A DNA stretch of 62,600 nt, counting the filler, from Atractiella rhizophila (Eukaryota): assembly GCA_021432655.1 (NCBI GenBank). It is 3 parts of 3 records of this genome, joined end to end, with 100 filler letters (N's around TTAATTAATTAA, not from the genome) between each part and the next. Parts side by side here need not be neighbours in the genome. Positions count along the whole stretch, not along the records: positions 1 to 27,043 come from MU271750.1; 2 more parts are not named here. One strand, given 5' to 3'. Positions 11,852 to 24,650 of the stretch are shown here, piece by piece (position 1 is the first letter of the stretch; each line of letters begins with the position of its first letter). The translations under genes were made by a program, and so were the position numbers. The notes beneath the pieces were generated by a model that saw nothing but the letters and a program-made list of their open reading frames with translations, was not told the origin of the DNA and did no database searches.

Positions 11852-12945
11852 GATCGGTTTGAAGGGTGTGGAAGGAAGGAGAGGGGTTTTGGGAACGGCC
11901 ATCTAGTTCGCAGGATGAAGAGGGAGAAGCGAAGTGGGAGCAAGAAAGATGGAGAGCTTGCGAAAAAGCGATGTGGGAGGCAGTCAGTCTTCTCTTCTTT
12001 CATCTTCAAGATCAGTAGGTATTAAGATTTGGGTGGGTGGGCGAAAAGGTCCAGAAGGACGCGAGGTCGATGGAACGCGTTGAGCGGCGCGGGGAAGAGT
12101 CGTTCTCCCTCGCTCTACCCAGTGGAGCTGTGCTCGACATCTCTTACTCTTCCAAACCCCAAGAGGAGGAAGTCGAGCTAGACCCTACCCTCTCAGCTTA
12201 TGCTACCCTCATCGCCGCGCATCTGATCCACACCTTTCTCTCCTTTGCAATAAACTCGGCCAACAGCTCTTCTTCCAGCACCAAATCACTGCCCTCCTTA
12301 CCACTCAACCCTCTAAGCAAATTGAGCGGGAAAGAAAAGGCGGAATCTCTCCTCTCGCCCCTCTTATCCCTCCTCTCCTACATCTCCCTCCTCCGCTCCA
12401 CTCACACCCGCCTCTCGAACTTCCATAAACACCACCTCCTACCCCATCTTCCGGAAGGAAGCACCTCCTACTCGATCACACCTTTCGATTTTTCCTCTTC
12501 TTCTCTAGTCGGTGCAGCTAGCGTGATAGGAAAGGAAGAACAAAGTGGAGCAGCAGCAAAAGGCATCGGCGGAATAGGAGGTCATATCCTACTCACAGTG
12601 TACGGCCGGACGATCCTAGTCCGTCTCTCTCCTTCTTCGACAGTGCGATACGACGAGATCCACTCTCAAATCGCTCGCGCTGTCGCAGACGGATTGATAC
12701 ATTCGGAAGGTGGAGGTGGTGGCGGCGGAGATGGAGATGGAGGGAGCGGGAAGGAGTGGAAGGTGGATAAACTTGGAGAGGCGAGAAGAGATGGAGCGCG
12801 AGTGAAGGTCATGAGCGGCGAGCAAGGTTTGAGCGTGGCCGTTTGGACGTTGGAGCTGAAAGGCGGTTGGGTGGAGAAACGATGGGCGACAGAGACAGGA
12901 CAAAGGTTGGATCTGTGGCTTCGAACTGTTTTAGCTGAAGAGTGA
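11852..12945 (+). CDS. 3' part of a protein, possibly Mediator subunit Med17-like; 5' end lost in gap
   Basis: Long ORF 12037-12945 joined to an upstream exon (CEKAMWEA|VQKDARSMERV...FSLALPSGAVLDISY), weakly reminiscent of the Med17 'ELF..L.REA' region. Identity uncertain. Confidence 0.4.
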
Positions 12946-13577
12946 AAGCTACTATTTTGTTGCATGTTTACAAGCGTCTTCCCTAATGCACCTTCTGGAA
13001 CGATTCAAAAGGAGGTTCAATTAGAGAAGCAGCAGAACTTACATTTTGACTTGCTTCCACTCCACTTAGGCGCAGAAGAAAAAGGAGTGACGGTAAGAAG
13101 TCAAATCGTTTGTTGACATCACCTTCATCAAGAAGACGGCATGAGGTTGGAAAATAAGCACTGATGTAGAGTGATTCTCTGCAACTTCCAAAACGATAAG
13201 TGTGGTCATTGATTGTAATATCAATACAAACAAGAAGGACTGAAGGAACTATTCCTTGGTACAAAGAAAGTGCCAAAGAAAAGCACCGAGGAGAGAATCA
13301 TTTTTGGTAAGAGGTGCTTTGGAAGGCACAACACCTGAGTAAAAAAGAAAAGCTGGAATCCCTAAGCAGGACGTGTGGACAAAGTTGATTATCAGCTAGG
13401 TGGTAGGAATACATGAAGGAATTGCTTTGGTGATCACTGGCAAGAATAAATATAAGGAAACCTTGCTTCAAACGAAGTTCAAAGTTCAAATGCTACAATA
13501 ACGTTGTTGATAACTGAGTATATCTCGGCTCAGGTTTACCAATGAATCAGAATGTTCCACGCAATTTCGTGGATTAA

Positions 13578-14463
13578 TCATATGTCATGCAATATGTCGA
13601 GACGATACCACCTGGGGCGATGCTCCTCGCCAATACCATAGAGCTTCTGCACATTCTTGATATAGTCTTCATTGGTCCCTCTGTCAAGGGATTCTTGAGT
13701 TTTGTTGTCCGCAATCCTCAAAACCATCTCTCGACTACCCTTGCGGCGGACGTAGGAATGGTTGAACATTTGCTGCTTGTGCCTTTGAACCCAAGTTAGC
13801 ATTCCATGTGACAGTTCATGTGTAATGATGTTACATGTTGTTTTCCACCCATCTGTCAGCGAGTTTTGAGATCAGGATGTGGACTTGAGCATTGGGAACG
13901 CCGAATTCGTTTGTTGAAAGAGTTTTGAAAATTTACCCGTCAAGCATCCAGCCAAGACCGTAAGGAGGTTCCACTAGCAGATCAAATTTGAGTCGTCTTG
14001 GGCTTTTCTATGCGAGCGACGGAGGGGAGTCTGGATCCAGCGAAGGTGGATGGTCATCTCTCACCATCACAGTGTGCGTCTCCGTGACCATTCGGTAAGT
14101 CCTGTGAAATTCTATCAGCACGAAGTTTGCAGACCAGAGGTCTTCTTTTGACCTACGTTGTGGAACCGTTTCTTGGGTTGGTCGTTTAGGTCACACCGAA
14201 TCCATTTGAACCCTCCTCATCCTCCATCCCTGTTATGGGTGTTGCAAGAAAACACCCAGAAATCGCCTGTTGTATAAACTCCCACTGACTTCTCTACAAC
14301 ATGCTTCTTGTCCAAGAACCCCATCCACCAAACAACACTCTCCCATTCTACCGTAATTGGGTCGACTCTCGTCTTCTCCGTCTGCACACTCCACCATTCT
14401 AGCTAACTCATCAACAATTGCCAGTACAGTTCCGCTGTCTCTCAGACGGCTAATCTTCCCCAT
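13578..14463 (-). pseudogene. Degenerate hypothetical gene of unknown family
   Basis: Coding-like pieces (RPNYG, EPPYGLGWM, QKLYGIGEEHRPRWY) broken by stops and frame changes; no clean splice model found. Confidence 0.25.
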
Positions 14464-14890
14464 GGTGGAAGTTCAGTATTTGATCGGGAAACATCAACTG
14501 AAAGAGATCTAGTCCTGAATTTTCATGTCTATAACTGGTCGGCACACTGCTCTGAAATTCTAGTGGCCTTGTCCAACCTCATCCTCCTTCCAACAACGAC
14601 AAAGCTTTGGCCAGAGCACGAGTAGACAGACGAAATGGTTGTACACATGTCTAACATTTCATGATCTTGCTGCTTCAATCAATCAGCCAAGAGTTGAATG
14701 AACTATCTACGATGAGAATGATCATGATGATGGCAGTAACGAGACGGATAAGGACAGATAGAACGTGATAAGGACAGAGAGAAAGAATGATAAGGGAGCA
14801 GTCTATATCATCAAATCATATCAAATCATGATGCATTCAATTCACACAGTCAATCAATCCAAGCAAGAAGAGTGATCAGTCCTAACAGAT

Positions 14891-17132
14891 CTAGACCTTG
14901 TTAGATTTCGCAGCCTTCGAAACCAATTTGGCCTTTTCGATTTGCCTATTCCTTCATCAATACCCATTGTCAGAAAGAACGTAAGGAAAAACGAACTTTT
15001 GCGACCGATCCGACAGGATCTTCTTGTACTGCTGAATATTGATATCCTGCTTAGTGAGATTGACAATCTTCTTATCCTTAACCTCCCACAATTCCTCCGC
15101 GACCTGACTGATGAGTCTGAAATCGTGAGAAACAATGACGACTCCTCCCTCATACTCCTTGATCGCTCGCGCAAGAGCATCGATCGAACCCATATCAAGA
15201 TGGTTCGTAGGTTCGTCGAGGAGCAGGACGTGAGGTTGCTCCATTGCCAGTTGGGGAGAAGACGACTCGATTCCGCAATCCGTCAGAGAGCGTGCGGATG
15301 GCGGCAGTTTGATGTGCGCCTGAAAGACCGAAACGACCAAGCTGAGCGCGCCAGGCTTGAGTGTCTCGTTCGGGGAAACGTTGCTTGTATGTGGACTCGA
15401 AGTGCTCCAGAGGGGATTTGTCGTACGGTAACTGGTCCGCGGAGTGCTGAGAGTATTTGGCTACATGGACCAGGATGTCAATCATTAGCATCGACATGGA
15501 AAAGAGAAGTTGGACGTACCAAGTTTGAGACCTGAGTGGCGGGATACGCTTCCCTTGACTGGCATCAAGTCCCCAGTGATGAGATTGAGGAGAGTAGATT
15601 TTCCAGTTCCGTTCTGTCCAACAATAGCCACACGCGAGTCCATATCGACACCGAAGGAAAGATCTTGATACAAGAAATCCTCCTTCTTGCCCGAATAGGA
15701 AAATGCGACATCATTGAAAGCGATGATGGGAGGAGGCATCTTTCGAATGTCGTCAAAGTTGAACCGGAGAGGTTTAGGAACAAAGACGGGCTCGATGAGA
15801 CCTGCGGCTTCCATTTTGTCGATGATCTTCTGTTTCGATTTTGCTTGCTTCACCAAGTTCGCGTAGGTACCAGCGGAAGCGATGAACTTCTTGATGTGTG
15901 CAATCTGTTATCAATCTCTATCAGCCACCGATGTGAGGATTGGGAGGATGGAAAGGCAAAACCTCATCCTGCTGCTTTTGGTACGCCTTCATCTGATTGA
16001 CTTCGTTTTCCGTCTTTGTCTTCACGTATGCTGAGTAATTTCCTCCGTAGTAGGTCAAACGACGTTGGTGATTTGAGGTCCATGATATTTGTGCAAATTG
16101 AATCCATGAAATCGGCAGAGTGAGAAGTGATGACGAGGATGTGACTGTAAGTGCTGAGATAGGCTTCGAGCCACACGACAGCCTCCAGGTCCAAGTGATT
16201 GGTGGGCTCGTCGAGGAGAAGAAGGTGAGGACGGATGAAGAGGGCCCTTGCGAGAGCAACACGCATCCTCCAACCACCAGACATATCCCTGGTCCTCTTC
16301 AACATTGTCTGAGCCGTGAAACCGAGACCGTGAAGGATGGAAGAAGCCTTGCTCTCGAAAGTGGAAGGATCGAGCTCTTCCAATTCATCCGTCTTCTGTT
16401 GAATCAAGGCATCGTCCGGGAATTCAGAAGTCATCATCTCCTCCAATTCCTTCTCTAACCGGTCCACCTTTTCTCGAGCCGAGTTCACGATGAAATCTAA
16501 CGCGTTCACATCCGAAGGTTCGACCTCGCCGGCGACGAGATAGACATCAATGTGCGAAGGGATCTCGACGTCTCGCTCAGCGAGTGAGCGGAGGAAAGTG
16601 GTCTATTTCGACGATGTAAATCAGCATTTCAGTCCTCTCGCCACCCGGAAAACAAGGCTCACCTTTCCAGACCCATTCTCTCCCAACAGCCCATACCTAA
16701 ACACGAGTTCGCATCACTCTTCCCTTCCCAAATCATGCAGCGAAAAACTTACCTCTGTCCGTAATTGAGCGCGATGCTCGCGTTCTCGATTAACAATCTT
16801 CCGTGGAAAGAAAGCGTGTAACTCTCCATCTGAATATCCCTACTCTGAGGGTCGCTCGTCAAGACGCCGCTGCCTGAGCGATCGGTGGCCAATTTGAGCT
16901 TGCTCATCTCGTCCAAGCCATCCATCGACGTCCGACTGGAAGCTGCGATCGGGGTGGAGGTTCCGTTGGTGGATGGAGCGGAGGTAGAGCCATTCTCCTT
17001 CACTCCTTTGGAAGCTGCCTTTGCAGCCTGTACACAGAAACGAACGATCAGCTTCGAGTACTGATGAAGATGGAACTCGGGAAGACTCACCTTTTCTGCC
17101 AGGCGCTTTTGTTTAGATGCTGAGGGAGGCAT
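14891..17132 (-). CDS. ARB1: ABC-F family ATPase Arb1/ABCF2, multi-exon
   Basis: [14 protein letters not shown] start; two NBDs ([67 protein letters not shown]). Confidence 0.96.
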
Positions 17133-17319
17133 GTGAGTGACTGTGGTGGTTGGGTGGCGTGCTGCTTTTGGAAGGGAGAGACGTAGAACCTCGTTGTTGT
17201 CGATTTCTTTTACTTTCAATCAGGAATTTTTGAGATGGCCGGAAAATGCAGCAGTGGCCGTATCGGACTCCGGCAATGCTGTCAAAGTACAGCTAGTGAT
17301 AAAATAAACAACGATGCCA

Positions 17320-19113
17320 ATGCCAATCGCGACGTACGAGCTGTCCAGCCAGTACCTGCACTGGCGATTCACGCCACCCTCTCTGCAGAAGGCGCGGGAA
17401 GAAACGCACGCGTCCGCCGTGACGCGCATCTCGAACGCGATGCGTCTCGAATCCTCCCTCTCCAGCGGCTCCTCCTCCATATCCTTCAATCCTCCGCCTC
17501 CTCACGAGCTGCTGCTCCTCCAAACGTTCTATCTGTCTAAAATACGAGAAATTAGCAACGCCCTCAACTTTCCAGAGACGGTGGAAGCGACGGCGGTCAG
17601 TTATGTGAAACGGTTTTATTTGAGGAACACGGCGATGGATTATCATCCTAAGAATATCATGTTGACGTGTCTCTGGTTGAGCACCAAGACGGAGAATTGG
17701 ATAGTGGAGGCTGATAAATTTGCGGACATGGTTAGAGCTGATCGGGAAGAGGTACGTCTTTTGTTGTTCTGTCTTTGTACGAGGGAATGGTGAGCTGCAC
17801 CAGAAAATTTGGTGATTGTTTGATGTATAAGTGCAATCCATATATGTAGACAGTGCAAAAAATAAACGCGTTCTATTGGATGCATATCGAAATTTGCTAG
17901 GCTGGAGTTGGGGAAAATGATTAAGACAACTTGGCATGATAGATGTACTGAAACATCTGTCTTATTAACTTCTATTTAATATCACGTTTGGCAGAAGTTA
18001 TATCGTGTTTACCCCTGTTGCTTGGGTAGTGAGATTGACTCGTATTAGAGAGCAAGGGAACCATGCATGAAATATACAGGGTTATCGTCTCTGAACTGAA
18101 AGACGAGCACACAAACTGAAAGAAGCGTTATTCTCGTATCAAAAAAATGCATGAAAAGAAAGCGCTCATGTGGTGGATACTGCTCCACCTTTGCTTCCAA
18201 TCAACGGAGTCTCCTGCGTTCAAAAAATAATCTATTTGAAGCATTCGAGATGATTTAGGCGATCAGGAACACGTTGGTGGTCCACAGTGTGCAACAGCTC
18301 ACGATTTCAGAGAGAATTTTTACAGAAGTTTCTTAAAAAATCTAGACCAAACTGGCTAAACATCCACGTCTGTGTGCAGGGCTAAGCATTCGCTCGTCCA
18401 GATCCTCAAGCTCGAATTCGTAATCTGTCAATCCCTCGGATTCCAATTCAAAGTGCACCATGCCCACACCGCCGCCTACGGTCTCTTCCTCGACATGCAG
18501 GTTCGTCTCTCCCCCCTCTCTCCTCCTTTGCCACACCTGACAACCGTCATTCGTGTTCTCGTTCGCGTTCTCGTTCTCGTTCGTTCGGTGTAGTCCCTCG
18601 ATCTTGACCCGACGAGAGCTTCGAAACTCCATGAAAGCCTTACAGATGTTCAGGCCCTGCTGGCCCATGCGAGATTGACAGATCTAGAGTTCCTCTACTC
18701 CCCTTCCCAGATCGCGCTCGCCGCCTTCGTCCTCGTGGATCCAGAGGAGGCGTGGAAATGGCTAGCGGCGAAAGAGGAGCTGAAGCCACAGAAAGGAGAC
18801 GTCGAAATGGGGAACGAGGAGATGAAGCTTCTGTTGGAGGAGATTGGACGATGCATTAGGGAGCAGGAGGAGAGGAAGGTGGAGTTGGAGACGGTTAGAG
18901 CGGTGGATAAGCAGTTGAGGTTGTGTATGAATCCGGAGAAGGACCCGAATTCTGCTTTGTGAGTTTTTTTTGGTTCGTTCTTGGAATGGAAAAGAGCTGA
19001 TGATGCGTTGGAGGTATAAAATGAAAATGGAGGAGAAGGAGAGGAGGGAAAGAGAGGAGGAGTTGGAGAAGGCGGAAAAGAGGGCGATGGAGGTGGATGA
19101 TGTTTTTGGGTAA
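17320..19113 (+). CDS. CCL1: Cyclin H (Ccl1/Mcs2; TFIIH/CAK cyclin), multi-exon with a 650-nt first intron
   Basis: YELSSQYLHWRFT, ATAVSYVKRFYLRNTAMDYHPKNIMLTCLWLSTKTEN, ILKLEFVICQSLGF, LTDLEFLYSPSQIALA, CMNPEK. Confidence 0.93.
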
Positions 19114-19198
19114 AATCAGTGCTGCATGCAATGTACATTTCTAACATTTCATCGGGTATTGTCTTGCTCCTTACACTCTATGACTGAATTCGTCACGG

Positions 19199-19949
19199 TC
19201 AAGTCCAAAATCTAGCATCATAGTTCTCCACCAACTTTGGGTCATCCTGCAATCACAATGAGTGCCAAAATATCCTGCACAAAGTACGATGTCTGATGGT
19301 GAGAAGGCTCACCTTGAATTTGGCCTGCCATCCAGTAAAGCCATGTCTCAGCACCACGACCCTCTGTTCAGACTCCGGAGGAAGCTGGTTGGCGTAGAAG
19401 AGGGCGGCGTTGGGTCCGCGCTGCTCTGTCACCATTCAGAAGCCTCAAAGCTTCGTTTGGAGGATGAAAGAAGAAGACACGGACGGGAGAGAGCGCAGTG
19501 GAACTTGAGCCAACAGAGCAATCAGCGTCAATTATGACACACAAGGCAATGGCAATGAGAGGACAAACAACAACCAGCGGAACTGTAACAGTAACTATCA
19601 ACAAGTGTTATATAGGATATGGGCAAAAAACGAACCATCTGTGAGGGATTGTGTCAGATCAGCAATTCTCTCCTTGATCTCGATCGAAGGGACGTGTTTG
19701 CAGCCCGGAATGTTGCCCCCCTTACTTCTCCTTCAACATCTTTCGCAAGAACTCAGAGCCGCGTACAATGTAATCATCATCTGTTGCGCGGATATTTAGT
19801 GAACGTTTGGGATGTAAAGGAAGGAGGGAAAGCTCACCTCGCACATCGACAATGGCATAATCGACCCCATTCCTCTTCTCCGGGTCTTTCAAAATGCCCG
19901 CAATCTCATCGGCGGTCTCGAACTGATACTTTGGCTTGTTGAACGACAT
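19199..19949 (-). CDS. Cdc25-like rhodanese-fold phosphatase/arsenate reductase (Ych1/Ibp1/Acr2 family), multi-exon
   Basis: AIVDVR|DDDYI|GGNIPG; spliced active site FHCALSQ|QRGP (HCX5R); VLRHGFTGWQ; DDPKLVENYD. Confidence 0.9.
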
Positions 19950-20038
19950 CCTTGCTCACCAGCATCCGCATCGGCATCGGCCTTCGAGAAGGCTGTCACT
20001 ACCCGCTCTAGTCTCTTTCTAGTTCACAAAAAACGACC

Positions 20039-20483
20039 ATGTTACCTCTCCTTCGCCTTTCCTCGACGGCGCGTTGCCTCAGCAGCGCATTACGGCCGTC
20101 CCTCCTGCCGTCCCTCTCCCTCCGCACCCTCTCCCTCCCGCTCTCCGCCGCCTTCTCCCTGCCACACAGCGCACGCGCATTCTCCGTCTCTTCGCCCGCC
20201 TTCCTCCTCCGGAAGCCGACAAAGTACAAGCTGAAGACGCACAAGGGAGCCGCGAAGCGGTTCATCGTCGTTGCTAATGGCCAATTCAAGCGTGTGCGTC
20301 TCTCCCCCTTCTTGGTCCTGCCAGGGTGCGTGTTGAGGCTTTTGGGCGTAGATGAGGGCGGGAAAGAGACATAAGACGAGCAAGAAGAGTCCTGCGAGCT
20401 TGAATAGACTGGGAGAGAGGGTTTATGCGAAGGGATACGAGATTTGGAAGTTGAAGAGGCTGCTTCCTTATGCTCGACACTGA
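20039..20483 (+). CDS. Mitochondrial ribosomal protein bL35m, two exons
   Basis: Presequence-like N-terminus, then KLKTHKGAAKRF...GQFKR|MRAGKRH...LKRLLPY. Confidence 0.92.
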
Positions 20484-20575
20484 GCTCGATGCAAACATCT
20501 TTGTTTCGCAACATCAACATGACATGGAGCAGAGAATTGATAATGATAATATCAAAGCAAGTTCGAGCGGTAAAG

Positions 20576-21147
20576 CTACCAAAACCACCCTTTCTTCTTC
20601 GTCTCCTCCTTCGAACTCGCCAACCGCTCCCGCTCCCTCCTCTCCGCCTCCTCTTTCTCTTTCTTCTTCAAATTAGCCAACCGATACATGTCTTTCAAAG
20701 CCTCCATCTTCTGTCTCTCAATCAACATCTTCCGTCGACATCCATACCTGTCCCACCCACCATTCAACGAACCGATCTACTCCGCAAACACAGACAGAAA
20801 AGGTAAAACACACCAAGAAACAGTCGCGACAAGCGCACCCGTCGGAATCGCAAAGTTGCTAAAAGTCCTCAAAGGTCTCGACCCTACACTAACCTCTCAT
20901 CACCTCCCGCCTCACAGAGCGCACGAGACGGATGTAACAATGAAGACGCACCCCGTCGACTAAAGATGAGCGTCCCGACACCCACCGTCGTCCCCCCCAC
21001 GAGGCCGTACAGCAGCGGGCCGACGACGCAGGGGTCGCGTTTCGCGCTCGTCCAGGAGAGCTTGGATGCTGAGACGTCCCGCCAGGTTGTGTTGGTGGTG
21101 GGAAGCGTTGGTGGGGGTGGGAGGCTTGATGGAGGAGAGTCGGACAT
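20576..21147 (-). CDS. COX20: Cytochrome c oxidase assembly factor Cox20-like, multi-exon
   Basis: PCVVGPLLYGLVGGTTVGVG, then SNFAI...SW|YGCR; two hydrophobic segments with the conserved Cys pair. Confidence 0.7.
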
Positions 21148-21558
21148 GGAGGAGGAGATTAGAGAAGGATTAGAGAGACGACGTGTAGTCTTTCTCTACA
21201 TTCTACACGTGACGTCATTGTTGTCCTTTCATGACAGATGGCCAAACTAGGACCCTTCCTTCCTTTATGCTTCATATAGCTTTACAGCAGCACAAGGGCT
21301 TTACATACATAACACATCTATTGTCTCAACTTGATAGATTATCGTCGCTGTCGGCTGTTGTTTTGAACCCAGAAGTGGCACGAATGATATCATGGCTAGA
21401 TATGAGGGAGCCTCTACTTATCTCGATTTGCGAGACCAGCCTTAGGAGGTCCCTTACAGCCATATTTCCAAGTCTATAAAACGAGCACTGGCAAAACCTC
21501 TCCGCCCAACCAGGACGTACATTTTCGCCATAAACAAATCCACTCCATTTCTTCCAAC

Positions 21559-22625
21559 ATGGTCAAGCCAGCATCTGAGCTTCAACCAGGGGAAGAAGTC
21601 TCCTGGAACTGGGGTCGTGCGTAACTGTCTCACCCAGATCCCCAACCAATATCATCACTTACTAAACGCTACACTTCCAGACTCTACTCCAACAGGGAAA
21701 GTTGTCTCGGTGGACGAAACGCCAAAGACGATCACGAGCAAGAACAACACGAGAGTTACGAAGAAGGGCGACGCGGAGAACCCTGCCGTGCACATCACAA
21801 CACCCAAAGGCGTGAGTCTGATTGGATTTCATGGATGCAAGCAGTCACTGATTGGACTGTGTGGTTGGCTGTGCTGTGCTTAGGTGGATGTACTGAAGAG
21901 AGCGAGCGAATTGAACGAGGTGGATTTGGAGAGCACAGGGAAGAGTGTCGAAGAGAAAAAAGCGAAATTGGGCAGGAAGGAGGAAGTAATACAGGAAAAC
22001 GAGGAAGGAGGTGAAGAGGACGTAATCGACGTTGATGGTCACGTTGTGGATGAGGAGGATGTGGAAAAGGTACGTACGGTATCCTATCTTCTCAGGAAAA
22101 CTGAGTAACGGTCGGGGGCATCAGGACCAAATCGGAAAGGTAGTCGAAGAAGAAGACGCTTATGAGTCTGAGGTTAGTCACGCCAGCCGCAATCTTGGAC
22201 GATATTCGTCAAAGTTGACACACTTACAGGATATCACGGACGATGTTGAAGAAGAGGAGGAAGAAAGCTCCTCCGAAAACTACGAAGCCAATGGCGCCAA
22301 AGAGGTTTGATTCTTTCTCTGCAATGTCGATGCCACGCATTCTAAGACGACAAAGGTTTCGAAAAAACGCAAACGAGCGTTAAAGCTAATAGCAACGGCG
22401 AAGATGACGAAGAGGGTAACGCCGTTGACTAGGCGGTTTGTACTTAGGTATAGCTTGAAGACACCGCTGATGTCTTGCTTGCTTCAGGCTGACGACAACC
22501 CTGAGTCTCTTGTCGCAAGAGAACCGCCTAAGAAGAAAGCGAAGGTGAACATGATGGATCAGGACGTACCGGCCATGAACACGAGGAGTGCAGTGTCGAA
22601 AGGAACTCATCAGGATTCCGAGTAA
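21559..22625 (+). CDS. DUF2945/Hva1-Tudor-like domain protein with acidic tail, multi-exon
   Basis: GEEVSWNWG...PTGKV...ITSK...KGDAENPAVHI...DVLKRASEL is typical of this fungal family. Confidence 0.8.
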
Positions 22626-22777
22626 CATGATATCCAACAACCATACTCATTTTTCGAGATATATGAAATACTGCTTACATTTCCGTCTTGTGTATAGAAT
22701 GACCTGTAAATATTCTGTAAACAGATGAATCCACCTTGACGCATGTACACATGCCTCTGGTTTCTGTCAGCCTCACC

Positions 22778-24151
22778 TCAATTCGCTTCAAGGCTTGACG
22801 GTACACTCTCGATCAATCGCTTGATAGACTGCTTTTCTTCTTCGTCGCAGAACAGATGCTCAACGCCACGAGACAGGATGTCCATTAGCACCTTTCTCCT
22901 CGCATGTCCTGCCCCAGGTATCAGGCTGAGCACGAGGGAGTACTCGTCTGTTGGTGAGCATCGGAAAACCAGCGAATCGTCCGTCTGTTGTGGTAAAGGG
23001 TAGTTATCACCCACTCCGTTAACAAAAGAAACAACTCTCACACAAATGAGGATGGGCACTTCATTCTGAATAGCCCATCGAACATGATGTTCTTCCAACG
23101 ATGCAACCGTGCCGCAAAACACGTTCGAAGTGATGCACATCTCTATCGCAATCCTCTGTTTAGAGTCTAGCACCCACTGTTCTGTCGACAATGAGCGGTG
23201 AATGTATGTGCCATGGCCTAAACGGTCAGGTGTGAGGAACCTAAGTGCTTCCATATCTGAGTCCAAGCCAGAAGGAGGATCAGGAATCTATTATTCAACC
23301 TCAACTCAGCGGACTGAATACATCATGTATCTTGCGTACGAAGCGACACAAGACTGACGACGTAAAGACGAACCTCAGCAAAGTGTACTGTGGTCCCCAA
23401 TCCAGCGTGCTTCGCTTTCAGGAATAACTCCCTGAAAGCTACTGGATCTCCTGATCTCGGATCTCCGCATAAGTCAATGCCAACAACAGGCTCTCCCTGA
23501 TTTTTGAGCATGATGGCAGCGTCTATGATCTGAGAGGCAGTAGACATGGAATGACGACGATCGACGCTGAGGACCAGTTTCGTGACCATCTTCCATGGGC
23601 GATATTTTTGAGAGGTCGTGACCGCGAAGTCAGAGATGGACGAGAGAATCGTCTGGATGTAAGGCAGAAAGGAATCCAAGTCGGCAAAAAGACGAGGAGT
23701 AGAACGGAGTTCCAGATAGGCGACATTGTGGGATTGAAAGTAGTCCAAAACTGCCGCGGTGGCATGAGCGAGGAGGGAAGGAGAAGACGTCAGACGATAG
23801 ATCTTGGAACTGAAGAGTGGAAAGAAGCTATGTCATTATACACCCACGACGACGTTAGCACTGCGAAAGTCATAAAGGACACCTGGGCACGCACTCATCA
23901 ATCTTCTCCATGGTGAATTCGTCAAGGTCCCAGCTGACGAGGTCCTCATTCCCTTCAACTCCATTTTTCTCCAAGAACTTTTCTTTGAGCTCAGCGATAG
24001 TAGATCGTGGGATGGAGCCGTTCAGATGTGCATGGACTTCGAGCTTGGGGATGGAGGCACAGAAGGCATACTCTGCTGCTGAGAGCGGTGGTACCACACT
24101 GGCTACTACACCGTGACTGTCAAGGTGATGATCGTTCAAGGGTTTCTGCAT
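22778..24151 (-). CDS. ADAL: Adenosine deaminase-like protein (ADAL/MAPDA family), multi-exon
   Basis: PKLEVHAHLNGSI, YLELRSTPR, VVGIDLCGDP, TVHFAE, PDRLGHGT, IEMCITSNV, TDD. Confidence 0.9.
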
Positions 24152-24650
24152 TTGTTCTGCTTCCCAAGTGGTAACGAAGCGCCAATATGCTCACAAATCA
24201 CAAATGGTCACCCAGCAGTGAATGAACCCGCCTTTTCAATCACACTGTACTACAAGCAGCTTTCATTTCTTAAGAGCGATCTATGATTCGAGCTCTGTGC
24301 CCCGTTCACCTATTGCCATTCAAACTATGCTTGAATACTAGTGCCTGGATCTCTCTCTCAATTTTAACAAGGAATCTGTGTGCGGATAAAATAGGTAGCT
24401 CTTGCTCATTTGCATCACAGCTCACTCTATAATTTTACCTCGCCAGGTATGTCATGCCTAAACTTGATTTCGTCACCACCATCACTGTAAGTCTAACCAA
24501 TGGTAGAGACTACCAACACCTGTCTCTCATCTGTTCATGAAGTCTGGACGCCGAGCATTGCTTCAGATGTTTGCACGGCTTACGACATCATTGTGCCTGT
24601 AAGGAATGGGTGCGACCGGCAAAGTGCTAGCGAGAGCGAGTCATTCAGTG

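Noticed and set aside
10708..12009. Long ORFs spanning N runs (also 55269-56588)
   Set aside because: Artefacts of translating N.
14745..14832. Short repeats GATAAGGACAGA x2 and ATCAAATCAT x2
   Set aside because: Low-complexity 3' UTR sequence; not CRISPR-like and no element boundaries.
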